Origin: an uncultured Ferrimicrobium sp.
Lineage (GTDB): Bacteria > Actinomycetota > Acidimicrobiia > Acidimicrobiales > RAAP-2
Reading direction: 5' to 3'
Assembly (NCBI GenBank): GCA_964449735.1
Contig: CAYUZO010000005.1
Coordinates: forward strand, 6,071 to 70,070
Length of the DNA stretch: 64,000 nt
The notes under the pieces are model-generated. The model saw only the letters and a list, made by a program, of their open reading frames with translations. It did not search any database and was not told the DNA's origin. How positions within the stretch are numbered: the stretch's first letter is position 1; every line of letters starts with the position of its first letter. This document shows positions 27,986 to 36,728 of this stretch, piece by piece. The position numbers and the translations under genes were made by a program.

Positions 27986-28465
27986 ATGAGCGAACTCGAC
28001 GATCTCCTTCAGCAACTCCGTGGCGAGCGGGCCCACGTCCTGGCCACCGTCGACGGCCTCTCGGAGGAGGACCTCACGACCGCCTGGGTGGCGAGCGGGT
28101 GGACCCCGGCGGGACTCGTCTCCCATCTGGCGCTCGACGTCGAGCGCTTCTGGTTCCGCGAGATCCTCAACGGCGTGGAGGTGGACCCCGAGGGCGAACC
28201 CGAGAGCGCCTGGCTCGTCGAGGAGGGCAACGGCCTCGCCGCCCTCGAGCGCTACCGCGAGGAGGCCCGCCTGGCCGACGAGGCCCTCGAGGGCCACGAC
28301 GTGCTCGACGGCCTGGCCGCCTGGCCCGAGGAGTGGAGCGACTGGCGCATGGAGAACCTCCGCGAGCTGATGCTGCACGTGATTACCGAGACGGCCACCC
28401 ACGCCGGCCACCTCGACATCGTGCGCGAGATGATCGACGGGACCCAACACCTCGTCATCGACTGA
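27986..28465 (+). CDS. DinB-family (DUF664) protein
   Basis: The ATG at 27986 is in-frame within ORF 27575..28465. The C-terminal HVITETATHAGHLDIVRE motif is present. It is a paralog of 21863..22402. Confidence 0.85.
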   Translation: MSELDDLLQQLRGERAHVLATVDGLSEEDLTTAWVASGWTPAGLVSHLALDVERFWFREILNGVEVDPEGEPESAWLVEEGNGLAALERYREEARLADEALEGHDVLDGLAAWPEEWSDWRMENLRELMLHVITETATHAGHLDIVREMIDGTQHLVID

Positions 28466-28545
28466 GCGGGCTGAAAAAGACTCACCGGCGCCGATGGCTC
28501 ACCCCGCGAGGCCGGGGGTAGGGTCGCGCCGATTGAGGGGGTGAG

Positions 28546-30057
28546 TTGAGCGAGATCGACAGCGCCGCGAGTGATGAACTACTGGTGCGTCGACCCCTCT
28601 GGGGCGCGCTGATCGATGGCCAGTGGGTCCTGCCCGAGGGCGCCCCCACCTTCGAGGTCCTCGAGGCGGCCACCGGGCGACCGATGGCCCGCGTGGTCGA
28701 AGCCGACGCGGCCCTCGTCGACGCCGCGGTCACGAGCTCGCGACGGGCCTACGAGAAGGTCTGGCGCCACACCCCGGGCAAGGAGCGCACCGCGCTGATG
28801 CGCGAGGTGGCCGAGCGCATCCGCGCCCACGCCGACGAGCTGGCCGAGCTCGTGGCGCGCGAGATGGGCAAGCCCCGTCGCGACGCCCGACGGGTCGACG
28901 TGGTGTCGAGCCACACCAGCTTCGACTACTACGCCGGTCTGACTGAGTCGGTGCCCGGGGAGATCATCGATCAGGGGGCCATCGAGGCCCGAGTGGTCTA
29001 CGAGCCCTACGGCGTCGTCGCCGCCATCCTGCCCTTCAACTGGCCGCCCATCCACTTCTCGAAGAAGGGGGCCCCGGCCCTCGCGGTGGGCAACACCGTG
29101 GTGATGAAGCCGGGCGAGCAGGCGCCCCTCACCGTGCTGCGCTTGGCCGAGATTGCCAACGAGGTCCTGCCTCCGGGTGTGCTCAACGCCGTCGCCGGCC
29201 TGGGTGCCGGTCCCGCGCTCGTGGCCCATCCCCGTGTGGAGCGGGTCACCTTCACCGGCGCCACCGCGACCGGTCGCAAGGTGATGGCGAGCGCCGCCGC
29301 CAATCTGACCTTCGTCACCCTCGAGCTCGGGGGCAAGAACGCGCTCGTCGTGATGGAGGATGCCGATCTCGACCAGGCGGTCACCATCGCGATCGAGGGG
29401 ATGTTCTACAACCAAGGCGCCGCCTGCACCTCGACCTCGCGACTGCTCGTGCACGACTCGCTCTACGACGCCTTCGCCGAGCGCTTCGTCGCCGCCACCG
29501 CGCAGCTGCGCCTCGCCCACTCCCTCGACCCGGCCTGCGACATCGGCCCCATGGTCGACGCCGTCCAGCGGGACCGGGTCGCCGCCTTCGTCGAGGGGGC
29601 GCTGGCCCAGGGGGCCACCCTCCTCTACCGCGGACAGCTGCCCGGAGATCCCGACCTCGCGGGCGGCTTCTGGATCGCGCCCGCCGTCTTCGGCGACGTC
29701 ACCCCCGCGATGGACCTCTTCCAGGAGGAGGTCTTCGGGCCGGTCGCCGCCCTCACTCGCTTTTCCACTGAGGAGGAGGCCGTCGCCCTCGTCAACGAGT
29801 CGCGCTACGGGCTGACGGCTGCCCTGGTCACCGCCGACGAGGCCCGAGCCTGGCGGCTGGCTGAGCGGCTCGAGGTGGGCATGGTCTTCGTCAACAACTA
29901 CACCCGGCGCAACTTCGTCGGCTCGCCCTTTGGCGGGGTGAAGGAGTCGGGATACGGACGCGAGTACGGGGCTGACACCCTGCACGAGTTCGTGCGGGCG
30001 AAGAACGTGCGCTTCGCCTCGGGTCGGGGCTCGATCCCGACCTGGCCCCCCCGCTAG
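28546..30057 (+). CDS. NAD(P)-dependent aldehyde dehydrogenase
   Basis: The 503-aa ORF has the VTLELGGKN block and a catalytic Cys block (FYNQGAACTSTSR). Confidence 0.92.
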   Translation: MSEIDSAASDELLVRRPLWGALIDGQWVLPEGAPTFEVLEAATGRPMARVVEADAALVDAAVTSSRRAYEKVWRHTPGKERTALMREVAERIRAHADELAELVAREMGKPRRDARRVDVVSSHTSFDYYAGLTESVPGEIIDQGAIEARVVYEPYGVVAAILPFNWPPIHFSKKGAPALAVGNTVVMKPGEQAPLTVLRLAEIANEVLPPGVLNAVAGLGAGPALVAHPRVERVTFTGATATGRKVMASAAANLTFVTLELGGKNALVVMEDADLDQAVTIAIEGMFYNQGAACTSTSRLLVHDSLYDAFAERFVAATAQLRLAHSLDPACDIGPMVDAVQRDRVAAFVEGALAQGATLLYRGQLPGDPDLAGGFWIAPAVFGDVTPAMDLFQEEVFGPVAALTRFSTEEEAVALVNESRYGLTAALVTADEARAWRLAERLEVGMVFVNNYTRRNFVGSPFGGVKESGYGREYGADTLHEFVRAKNVRFASGRGSIPTWPPR

Positions 30058-30073
30058 GCCCCGCCGACACCGC

Positions 30074-30991
30074 TCAGGCGCCGAGAAGCGGACTCGCCGA
30101 CAGGACGCGATCGATCTCCTGGGCGATCACCATGTAGCCAGCCTCATTGGGGTGGTTGTCGGGTCCGAAGGGGTCGGTCTCGCACATCCATGTCAGCTGG
30201 CAGATCCGCTCGACGTTGGTGGGGATCTCCCCCACGGGACCCAGTGAGATCGGTGAGGTGTCGCCGGAGTGGAAGGCCCGAAAGACGTCGGCCACCTCGA
30301 AACCCGTGGCGTGGTAGTCCTCGCGCAGCACCTCGTTGAGCCGGCGGATCTGCACCAGTGACCCGCCGGCCAGCGCCGCACCGTGCGGGTCGTCGAGCAG
30401 TCGCGCGAGGAAGGGGTCGTAGGCGGTGAGGCCGACCAGCACCACCCGGGGTCCCGCCGCCGCGGCCAGGCGGGTGAGCACCTGGGGCAGGCTCGCGCGC
30501 ACCGAGGAGAGGCCGGCCGTGACGCAGGCGAGGTCGTAGCGGTGGTGGGCCATGCAGGGCCGCACGGCGTTGAAACCGAGGTCCACCGTGACCACTCCTC
30601 GGTCGCCAGCGTGGTCCCGCAGGAAGCGCACCGCTCGGTCCAGCTGGGTGGTGGGCGGGCGGTAGCAGGCGTCGCCGCCGTCGCGCCCGAGCATGGTGAC
30701 CGGCGTCTCACCCGGGCAGCCGACCTCCGTCGCCTGGAGCGAGAGCCCTCGGTGACCCTCGAGACGCACGAGGTCGTCGACGTAGCCCTGGTCGGTCTGG
30801 CGCGCCGGGCGGGCGGCGACCCCCGTGGGCTGCATGCCCAGCGAGGCCGAACCGCCGATCGCCAGGTAGAAGGTCGACGGGGTCGGACTGGCCGGCGCGG
30901 TGGAGGCGTCGCCGCGGCCGAGCAGGAAGGTGACGGTGAGTAGACCCAACAGGGCGAGCAGCAGTGCGCCGCGCGTGACCGTCTTGAGCAT
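30074..30991 (-). CDS. secreted SGNH/GDSL-like hydrolase
   Basis: A signal peptide (MLKTVTRGALLLALLGLLTVTFLL), a block-I-like AIGGSASLG, and a C-terminal DPFGPDNHPN (DxxH) are present. The alternative ATG at 31015 and the ORF-track GTG at 31195 were rejected. Confidence 0.75.
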   Translation of the reverse strand: MLKTVTRGALLLALLGLLTVTFLLGRGDASTAPASPTPSTFYLAIGGSASLGMQPTGVAARPARQTDQGYVDDLVRLEGHRGLSLQATEVGCPGETPVTMLGRDGGDACYRPPTTQLDRAVRFLRDHAGDRGVVTVDLGFNAVRPCMAHHRYDLACVTAGLSSVRASLPQVLTRLAAAAGPRVVLVGLTAYDPFLARLLDDPHGAALAGGSLVQIRRLNEVLREDYHATGFEVADVFRAFHSGDTSPISLGPVGEIPTNVERICQLTWMCETDPFGPDNHPNEAGYMVIAQEIDRVLSASPLLGA

Positions 30992-31143
30992 CGCTCCCCC
31001 GTCCTCGCGGCGCATGGTACCGAGTCGACTCCTCGCGCGACGGCATCGACACCGAGTCGTCATCGAGAACCCGCCACTGGCACCTAAGTCCATAAACCCG
31101 TTCAACCTGGTCCTCGCTAGCGTCGGCCACGAAGGGGGGAGAT

Positions 31144-32052
31144 GTGACGACTGAGGACTCCACGACCGAACAGAGTGAGGTGGCCGCCACGCCACCCTCG
31201 CCGTCGCGACGACGGCCGGTCCGGCGCGCGGTCCCCTTCACCCTTCTGACGCTGCTCGGTGCCGGCGCGGCGCTGACTGCGTCACTCGGCGTCGCGCCCA
31301 CCTCTGACGCCGGCGCGGCGGCGGCGATGCGCGACGCGGTGTCCAACACGTTGTCGACAAGCGGCGTGGCGATCTCGGTTCACGGGACGTTAGAGACCCA
31401 GGGGGAAAGTTTTGCCCTCACTGGGCAGGGACAGGCCGACCTCGCCTCTCGTGTCGCCTCGCTCACCGTCCAGACGAGCTTGAACGGCGTGGCGCTGGAC
31501 GAGACTGTCGTCGACGATGGCACCACCACCTACATGTCGATGGATGTCAACGGGGCGAGTCTGGCGAATCGGCTCGGTGGGCGACACTGGGTGGCGTTCC
31601 CTCAGCCCAGTTCGTCGGCGATGACGGGGGTGGGCTCGGGGGGAGACCCCCTCGGATCTCTGCGCTCTCTGCTCGGCGCCCAGTCGGTCGCCTCCCTCGC
31701 CCCGCGCCAGGTCGACGGGGTGAGCGTCACCGGCTACCAGGCCACCCTCGATCCCTCGACGCTGCTCGCTAAAGCCCGCGCCGATCTCGCCGGCAGCGGC
31801 CTCACCGACTCCCAGATGACGACGATCCTCGACTCCTTCGACCTCTCCGAAATGGGGATCACCGTCTGGGTCGACGCCGCCCATCGCGTCGTGCGCGAGA
31901 TTCTCGACCTTTCTCTTGCCAGCGGCGGAGTCCCTGTCCGGGAGCACGTGACCGTGGACTACTCCCACTACGGAACTCCGGTCACGGTGGCCATCCCCGC
32001 CTCGAGCGACGTGGTGTCGCTCTCGGCGTTTCTCAGCGCGGCCGCGGGCTAG
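31144..32052 (+). CDS. hypothetical membrane-anchored/secreted protein
   Basis: The 302-aa ORF has a basic N-terminus, a single TM (VPFTLLTLLGAGAALTASLGV) and a Ser/Thr/Val-rich ectodomain. I recognised no family. Confidence 0.55.
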   Translation: MTTEDSTTEQSEVAATPPSPSRRRPVRRAVPFTLLTLLGAGAALTASLGVAPTSDAGAAAAMRDAVSNTLSTSGVAISVHGTLETQGESFALTGQGQADLASRVASLTVQTSLNGVALDETVVDDGTTTYMSMDVNGASLANRLGGRHWVAFPQPSSSAMTGVGSGGDPLGSLRSLLGAQSVASLAPRQVDGVSVTGYQATLDPSTLLAKARADLAGSGLTDSQMTTILDSFDLSEMGITVWVDAAHRVVREILDLSLASGGVPVREHVTVDYSHYGTPVTVAIPASSDVVSLSAFLSAAAG

Positions 32053-32891
32053 GACAGGACGCGCCGGCGGAAGTTGCGCAGGCCGAGGGCCATGAATCCC
32101 GTGAGGAAGCCGAGCATCACGGGGTAGACCACGTAGAGGTGCATGTGGGGGGCCTCGGTGAAGGCGGCCCGCATCCCCTCGTTGACGTAAATCAGCGGGT
32201 TCACCAAGACGAGGGTCTGGAGCCAGTGGAAGTGGCCGATCTCGACGGGCGCCAGGTGGGTCCAGGGGTAGTAGGTGCCGCCGAGAAAGGTGATCGGCAG
32301 GATCACGAAGCCGAACATGAGCCCGATGTTGCGCGGCTCGAAGCTGGTGCCCAGCACGAGGCCGAGGGCGGCCATCGTCGCGCAGGCCAACGGCAGGAAG
32401 GTCACGACGACCCACCATTGGAGCGAGAGCTGGGCCGTCACACCCGCGGCGTGGACCACCGAGGCGATTGGGAAGACGATGAGCGCGGCCAACAGTCCTT
32501 GGGCCAGGCCCGAGAGGACCTTCGCCACGGCGACCAGCCAGATCGGGCAGGGGGCCTGGACCCGGTCCTCGATCTCGCGGGTGAATCCGAACTCCTGGGC
32601 CATCGCCAGCGCGATTGACTGGACGCCTTGGAACATCACCGAGATGCCCACGACCCCAGGGACCAACACAGTGGCGAAGTCGCTCCCGCCCCGTCCCCCT
32701 CCGACCGACTGGCCGATCTTGGGGAAGACGTAGAGGAAGACGAAGCAGAGCAAGAAGGGCTGGATGAGGGTGCGCAGCACGAACTCTCCGAGGGACTTGC
32801 GCAGCACGGTGAGGTCGCGAGCAAGCAGGGCCCGCAGTGCGGCGGCGCTGGCCGCCGAGACCGAGCGGGTGGGGGTCGTGGCGATGGTCAC
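32049..32891 (-). CDS. ABC-2 type exporter permease
   Basis: The 280-aa ORF has six TM segments and is coupled (4-nt overlap) to the upstream ATPase. Confidence 0.85.
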   Translation of the reverse strand: MTIATTPTRSVSAASAAALRALLARDLTVLRKSLGEFVLRTLIQPFLLCFVFLYVFPKIGQSVGGGRGGSDFATVLVPGVVGISVMFQGVQSIALAMAQEFGFTREIEDRVQAPCPIWLVAVAKVLSGLAQGLLAALIVFPIASVVHAAGVTAQLSLQWWVVVTFLPLACATMAALGLVLGTSFEPRNIGLMFGFVILPITFLGGTYYPWTHLAPVEIGHFHWLQTLVLVNPLIYVNEGMRAAFTEAPHMHLYVVYPVMLGFLTGFMALGLRNFRRRVLS

Positions 32892-33835
32892 GCTTCGCGC
32901 AGCTCCTTGCCGGTGAGGTTGATGAAGACCGTCTCGAGGCTCGGCTCGGCCACCGCGAGGTCGACGATGTCCACGCCGATTGATTCGGCGGCGTCGACGA
33001 CCCGTGGCACCAGGTGAGCCGCCTCGCGCGCGGTCGCCGTGACGACGTCGTCTGTCACGCGCGCCTCCACGACCCCCGGCACGGCGAGCAGCGCTGACGC
33101 CAGGCGCTCGCCCTCAGTGCCCACGCGAATCGTGACCACGGTGTCCACGCCGGTCGAGTGCTTGAGGTCAGCGGGGCTGTCGAGGGCGAGGATCCGGCCG
33201 TGGTCCATGATTGCCACCCGGTCGCAGAGCTGGTCGGCCTCTTCCATGTAGTGGGTGGTCAACAAGACTGTCTGGCCGGCTCCGTTGAGCTCGCGAAGCA
33301 TCTCCCACAGCGCGAGCCGACTCTGGGGGTCCAGTCCGGCGGTGGGCTCGTCGAGGAACAGGACGGCCGGATTGTGGAAGACCGCGCGGGCCACCATCAA
33401 CCGCTGGGCCATGCCCCCCGACAGGGCGTAGACCGAGGCTTGGGCCCAGCGCGTCAGGGAGAAGGCCTCGAGCAGCTCCGCCGCCCGCCGGCGGCTCTCC
33501 CCCTTCGCGACGCCGAAGAGCCGGCCGTGGAAGTAGAGGTTCTCGAAGACCGTCAACTGTCGATCGAGGGTGTTCTGCTGGGAGACGATGCCGGTCAACT
33601 GCTTGGCGAGGGCCGGGTGGCCGACCACGTCCACGCCCCCGACGAAGGCCCGGCCCGCCGTCGGGATCACTCGGGTTGTCAAAATGCCCGCCGTCGTGGT
33701 CTTGCCGGCCCCGTTGGGCCCGAGCAGACCGAAGATCTCTCCCGCGCGCACCTCCAGGTCGAGGTGATCCACCGCCGGCGAGTCCATGCCGGGGTAGGTC
33801 TTCGTCAGGCCCTCGGTGCGGATGATTCCCGTCAT
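32888..33835 (-). CDS. ABC exporter ATP-binding protein (DrrA-like)
   Basis: It starts at Met64 of the ORF-track frame (MTGIIRTEGLTKTYPG). Walker A GPNGAGKTT, signature LSGGMAQR and Walker B LFLDEPT are present. Confidence 0.9.
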   Translation of the reverse strand: MTGIIRTEGLTKTYPGMDSPAVDHLDLEVRAGEIFGLLGPNGAGKTTTAGILTTRVIPTAGRAFVGGVDVVGHPALAKQLTGIVSQQNTLDRQLTVFENLYFHGRLFGVAKGESRRRAAELLEAFSLTRWAQASVYALSGGMAQRLMVARAVFHNPAVLFLDEPTAGLDPQSRLALWEMLRELNGAGQTVLLTTHYMEEADQLCDRVAIMDHGRILALDSPADLKHSTGVDTVVTIRVGTEGERLASALLAVPGVVEARVTDDVVTATAREAAHLVPRVVDAAESIGVDIVDLAVAEPSLETVFINLTGKELREA

Positions 33836-33866
33836 CGGCGCCACCCTAGGGGGGCTTCGCGTGCGG

Positions 33867-35324
33867 TCAGGGCGTCGCCCAGAGGTGGTCTCCATGAGAG
33901 TCGAAGAGGAGCACGCGACCGTGATCCCCCACGCTGAGGCGCGCCCCGGGGTGACCACTCGTCCCGCTCGACCAGACCTGGATACCGGTCGCGCCGCGCG
34001 TGACGAGGTTGCCCGACTGGTCAAGGGTGGTCACGGCGCCTCGGGCGCCCACCAGGTCGTGCCAGAAGGTCTGGCCGTCGGCGGTCCGCAGCTCGAGGTT
34101 CCCGTGGGGGAGCATCAGGAGCTCGCAACCTCCTGAGGGGGAGTAGAGGCGCCAGCCGGGTCGCAGCTGATCGCCGGGCTGCAGGCCACTCTGACGGCCG
34201 CTGCCCCGCCAGAGCACTCCGGTCGACCCGACGATGGTGAGGCCGCCGTCGTCACCGAGGTGCGGCACCGCCCCGGTGGCCCCGGGCGTGCGCCACTCGA
34301 GGCTCCCTTCCGGGCCGACGAGCTCGAGGGCGCCGTCTCGGACCTTGAGGGCCGAACCCGTCGATGCGTCATGGGTCCACAGGGTGCGGCCCCCGGCAAT
34401 CGCCCAGCTGAGCCTCCCGGACGCCGCCAGGTTCAAGGTGTACTGCCCGCTCGGCGAGGACCACGACTGACCGGCCTCGAGCGTCGAGCCGTCCGGGTAG
34501 GTCGTGGCGGGGACGGCGAAGGGGGCGTGCGCAGTCCCGCAGCTCGCCGGCGGGCCGCGACGTCCCAGCAGGTCGACGAAGGTGTAGTGGCGTGCCCGGA
34601 ACCAGCGGATGATCGAGGGCAGGGCCGCCACAGTCGCGGGCATCGCCGCGCGTTGGTTGTGTAGGAGGACGACGGGATGGGTCTGATGGCTCGCCGCCGA
34701 CTCGACGGCCCGCTCGATGGTGCTGACCCAGTGGGACGAGCCCGATCCGCCGGCCAACCAGTCGCCGCCACCGTCACTCCACATCCACAGCGACATCCCC
34801 CGCTCGGCGGCGACCTGCCGGGTGGCGGCGTCGTAGCTCCCGTAAGGGGGGCGGAACACGCAGATCGGCGAGCCAGTCAGTCGATGCTCGATCACGGCGA
34901 CCTGGTCCACCTCAGCAAGCTGGTCCGCCCGACTGAGGTGAGCGAGGTTGGGATGACTGTTGGTGTGATCTCCGAGGAGGAAGCCGTCGTTGGCCTCCTC
35001 ACGCACGAGGCTGGGCCGCTCGCTGACCTGCTGGCCGATATTGAAGAAGGTGGCCCGCACGTGGAGTCTGGTGAGGATGGTCAGGATGGCGCCCGTCGAG
35101 GCGCCAGGCCCGTCGTCGAAGGTGAGCGCGACGGTGCGAGCCCGGCCCGCCGGCGGAGCGGAGTTGAGGACACCTATCGTGGCCTGCGGGCACGACAAGG
35201 TGGCGGGGAGTGGGTGTCGAGTGGACGCCGAAGTCCCGCCGGTGAGGCCCGTTAGCGAGCCCAACACCACGAGGGCACCGAACGCGACGCGGGAGAAGGG
35301 CACGTCTTCACCCTGTCGCACCAC
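33867..35324 (-). CDS. secreted polysaccharide deacetylase (NodB/CE4) fused to two bulb-type (B-)lectin-like repeats
   Basis: NodB motifs TFDDGP and GDHTNSHP are present. The C-terminal ~210 aa have lectin-like blocks (SPSGQYTLNLAASGRLSW..., TLDQSGNLVTRGATGIQVWSSGT, GRVLLFDSHGDHLWA). The start is uncertain (GTG 35324/35303 or ATG 35408). The ORF-track start at 35930 overlaps the divergent gene and was rejected. Confidence 0.8.
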   Translation of the reverse strand: MVRQGEDVPFSRVAFGALVVLGSLTGLTGGTSASTRHPLPATLSCPQATIGVLNSAPPAGRARTVALTFDDGPGASTGAILTILTRLHVRATFFNIGQQVSERPSLVREEANDGFLLGDHTNSHPNLAHLSRADQLAEVDQVAVIEHRLTGSPICVFRPPYGSYDAATRQVAAERGMSLWMWSDGGGDWLAGGSGSSHWVSTIERAVESAASHQTHPVVLLHNQRAAMPATVAALPSIIRWFRARHYTFVDLLGRRGPPASCGTAHAPFAVPATTYPDGSTLEAGQSWSSPSGQYTLNLAASGRLSWAIAGGRTLWTHDASTGSALKVRDGALELVGPEGSLEWRTPGATGAVPHLGDDGGLTIVGSTGVLWRGSGRQSGLQPGDQLRPGWRLYSPSGGCELLMLPHGNLELRTADGQTFWHDLVGARGAVTTLDQSGNLVTRGATGIQVWSSGTSGHPGARLSVGDHGRVLLFDSHGDHLWATP

Positions 35325-35424
35325 CTCTGTCCCTGACAGGGGCCGGTGGCCCAATTTCCTACCAAGGGGATTGCATTCTGTCGCTTCGTACCGGTACCGT
35401 CGGCTCATCACCTGAGGAGGTCGC

Positions 35425-36582
35425 ATGGCCTTCGCCCCATCCCATGCACAGCGCATCGACGAGGCCGCTGCGGCCTTCGTCTCTAACACTGACGTGCCGG
35501 GCCTCGTCCTGCTGGTCGCCCGCGGAGAGGAGGTCCACCTCTCCGCCCACGGACGGCAGGGCATCGGACGCGGCCCGATGACGCCCGACACCCTCTTTCG
35601 GATTGCCTCCGTGACCAAACCGCTCACGGCCCTGACGGTGCTGTCCCTCGTCGGCGAGGGACGGGTCTCCCTCGACGAGCCCGTCGGCCGCCTCCTGCCC
35701 GAGCTCGGCGGTCCGCGAGTCCTACGCGCGCCCGACGCCCCCTTGAGCGCCACCGAACCGGCCCATCGGCCCGTCGCGGTGCGCAACCTGCTCGACTTCA
35801 CCTTCGGCTTCGGGATCGACGGGGCGATGTTCGACTCGCCAGAGCCGTGGCCCATCGTCGAGGCCGCGAACCGGGCCCGACTCGCCACCCTCGGCCCACC
35901 CGAGCCGCTGACCCCTCCCGACGCCGACACCTGGCTGGCCCGCCTGGCGACCCTGCCCCTGATGCGCCAACCCGGCGAACGCTGGCTCTACAACACCGGC
36001 GCCCAGGTCGCCGGCGTGCTGGCCGCCCGTGCCGGCGGCATGCGTCTGGGCGAGGTCATGGCCGAGCGAGTTCTCGGCCCGCTGGCCATGAGGGACACCG
36101 GCTTCGTCGCCCGCGACCCCGAGCGGCTCGCCACCGCCTACGCGAACGGGCCCGAGGGGCTCGTCGAGGTGGACCGCGAAGGTGCCTGGCGGCACCGGCC
36201 GGCCTTCGATGACGGCGCCGCCGGCCTCGTCTCCACGGCGGAAGACCTCTTCCGCCTGGCCCGCGCTCTCCTGGCGGGAGGTTCGGGCGTCACGACACCG
36301 GCCCTCGTCGCCCAGATGACCTCGGCCCAGCTCACCCGGGACCAGTTGCCCGAGGACGCCCTCGGCCCCGGCTCCTTCGTCGGACGGTCGTGGGGGCTCG
36401 GACTGGCGGTGGGAGAGGACGGGAGCTTTGGATGGGACGGCGGCCTGGGAACCTCCTTCCTGGTCGACCCACGCCGCGATCTCGTCATCATCGTGCTCAC
36501 CCAGCGTCAGTTCGACTCGCCCGCCCTGCCCCCCGTTCACCGCGCGGTGCGTGAGGCCGTCTACGCCGGCTTGGCGAGCTGA
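35425..36582 (+). CDS. serine hydrolase, beta-lactamase/DD-peptidase (class C-like) family
   Basis: The S-x-x-K motif lies in FRIASVTKPLTAL. The ORF is 385 aa, with SD GAGGAGG upstream. Confidence 0.88.
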   Translation: MAFAPSHAQRIDEAAAAFVSNTDVPGLVLLVARGEEVHLSAHGRQGIGRGPMTPDTLFRIASVTKPLTALTVLSLVGEGRVSLDEPVGRLLPELGGPRVLRAPDAPLSATEPAHRPVAVRNLLDFTFGFGIDGAMFDSPEPWPIVEAANRARLATLGPPEPLTPPDADTWLARLATLPLMRQPGERWLYNTGAQVAGVLAARAGGMRLGEVMAERVLGPLAMRDTGFVARDPERLATAYANGPEGLVEVDREGAWRHRPAFDDGAAGLVSTAEDLFRLARALLAGGSGVTTPALVAQMTSAQLTRDQLPEDALGPGSFVGRSWGLGLAVGEDGSFGWDGGLGTSFLVDPRRDLVIIVLTQRQFDSPALPPVHRAVREAVYAGLAS

Positions 36583-36584
36583 GT

Positions 36585-36634
36585 CGTCATCTGTTCGTCA
36601 TTCGGTCCGCCTCCCTCCGTCATCCAATCGTCAA
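36585..36634 (+). promoter_or_regulatory. four helically phased CGTCA(T/A) direct repeats upstream of the DUF5666 gene
   Basis: CGTCAT occurs at 36585, 36596 and 36618, and CGTCAA at 36629. The offsets are 0, 11, 33 and 44 nt. The repeats lie 95-144 nt upstream of the ATG at 36729. Confidence 0.35.
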
Positions 36635-36728
36635 GGGAAAGTTGTCTAGCTGTAGTCGTCTCGCCCTTCCCCTCGGGCGGCCCCACTCTTAGGCTTCTTC
36701 ATCACAAGCGACCCTTCGGAGGTTCACT

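Noticed and set aside
28579-29985. 468-aa ORF antisense to the aldehyde dehydrogenase
   Set aside because: It is a shadow frame. The ALDH frame has the ELGGKN and catalytic Cys blocks.
33836-35930. N-terminal extensions proposed by the ORF track for several genes (examples: 32888..34024, 33867..35930, 38189..40858, 40669..41658, 974..2230, 12906..14414, 27575..28465, 47269..48195, 53799..54683, 56521..57822, 62298..63929, 30074..31195)
   Set aside because: The extensions overlap neighbouring genes or divergent promoters and are Arg/Pro-rich. Internal ATG/GTG codons give start-stop overlaps or SD-spaced starts and canonical N-termini, so I trimmed these genes.
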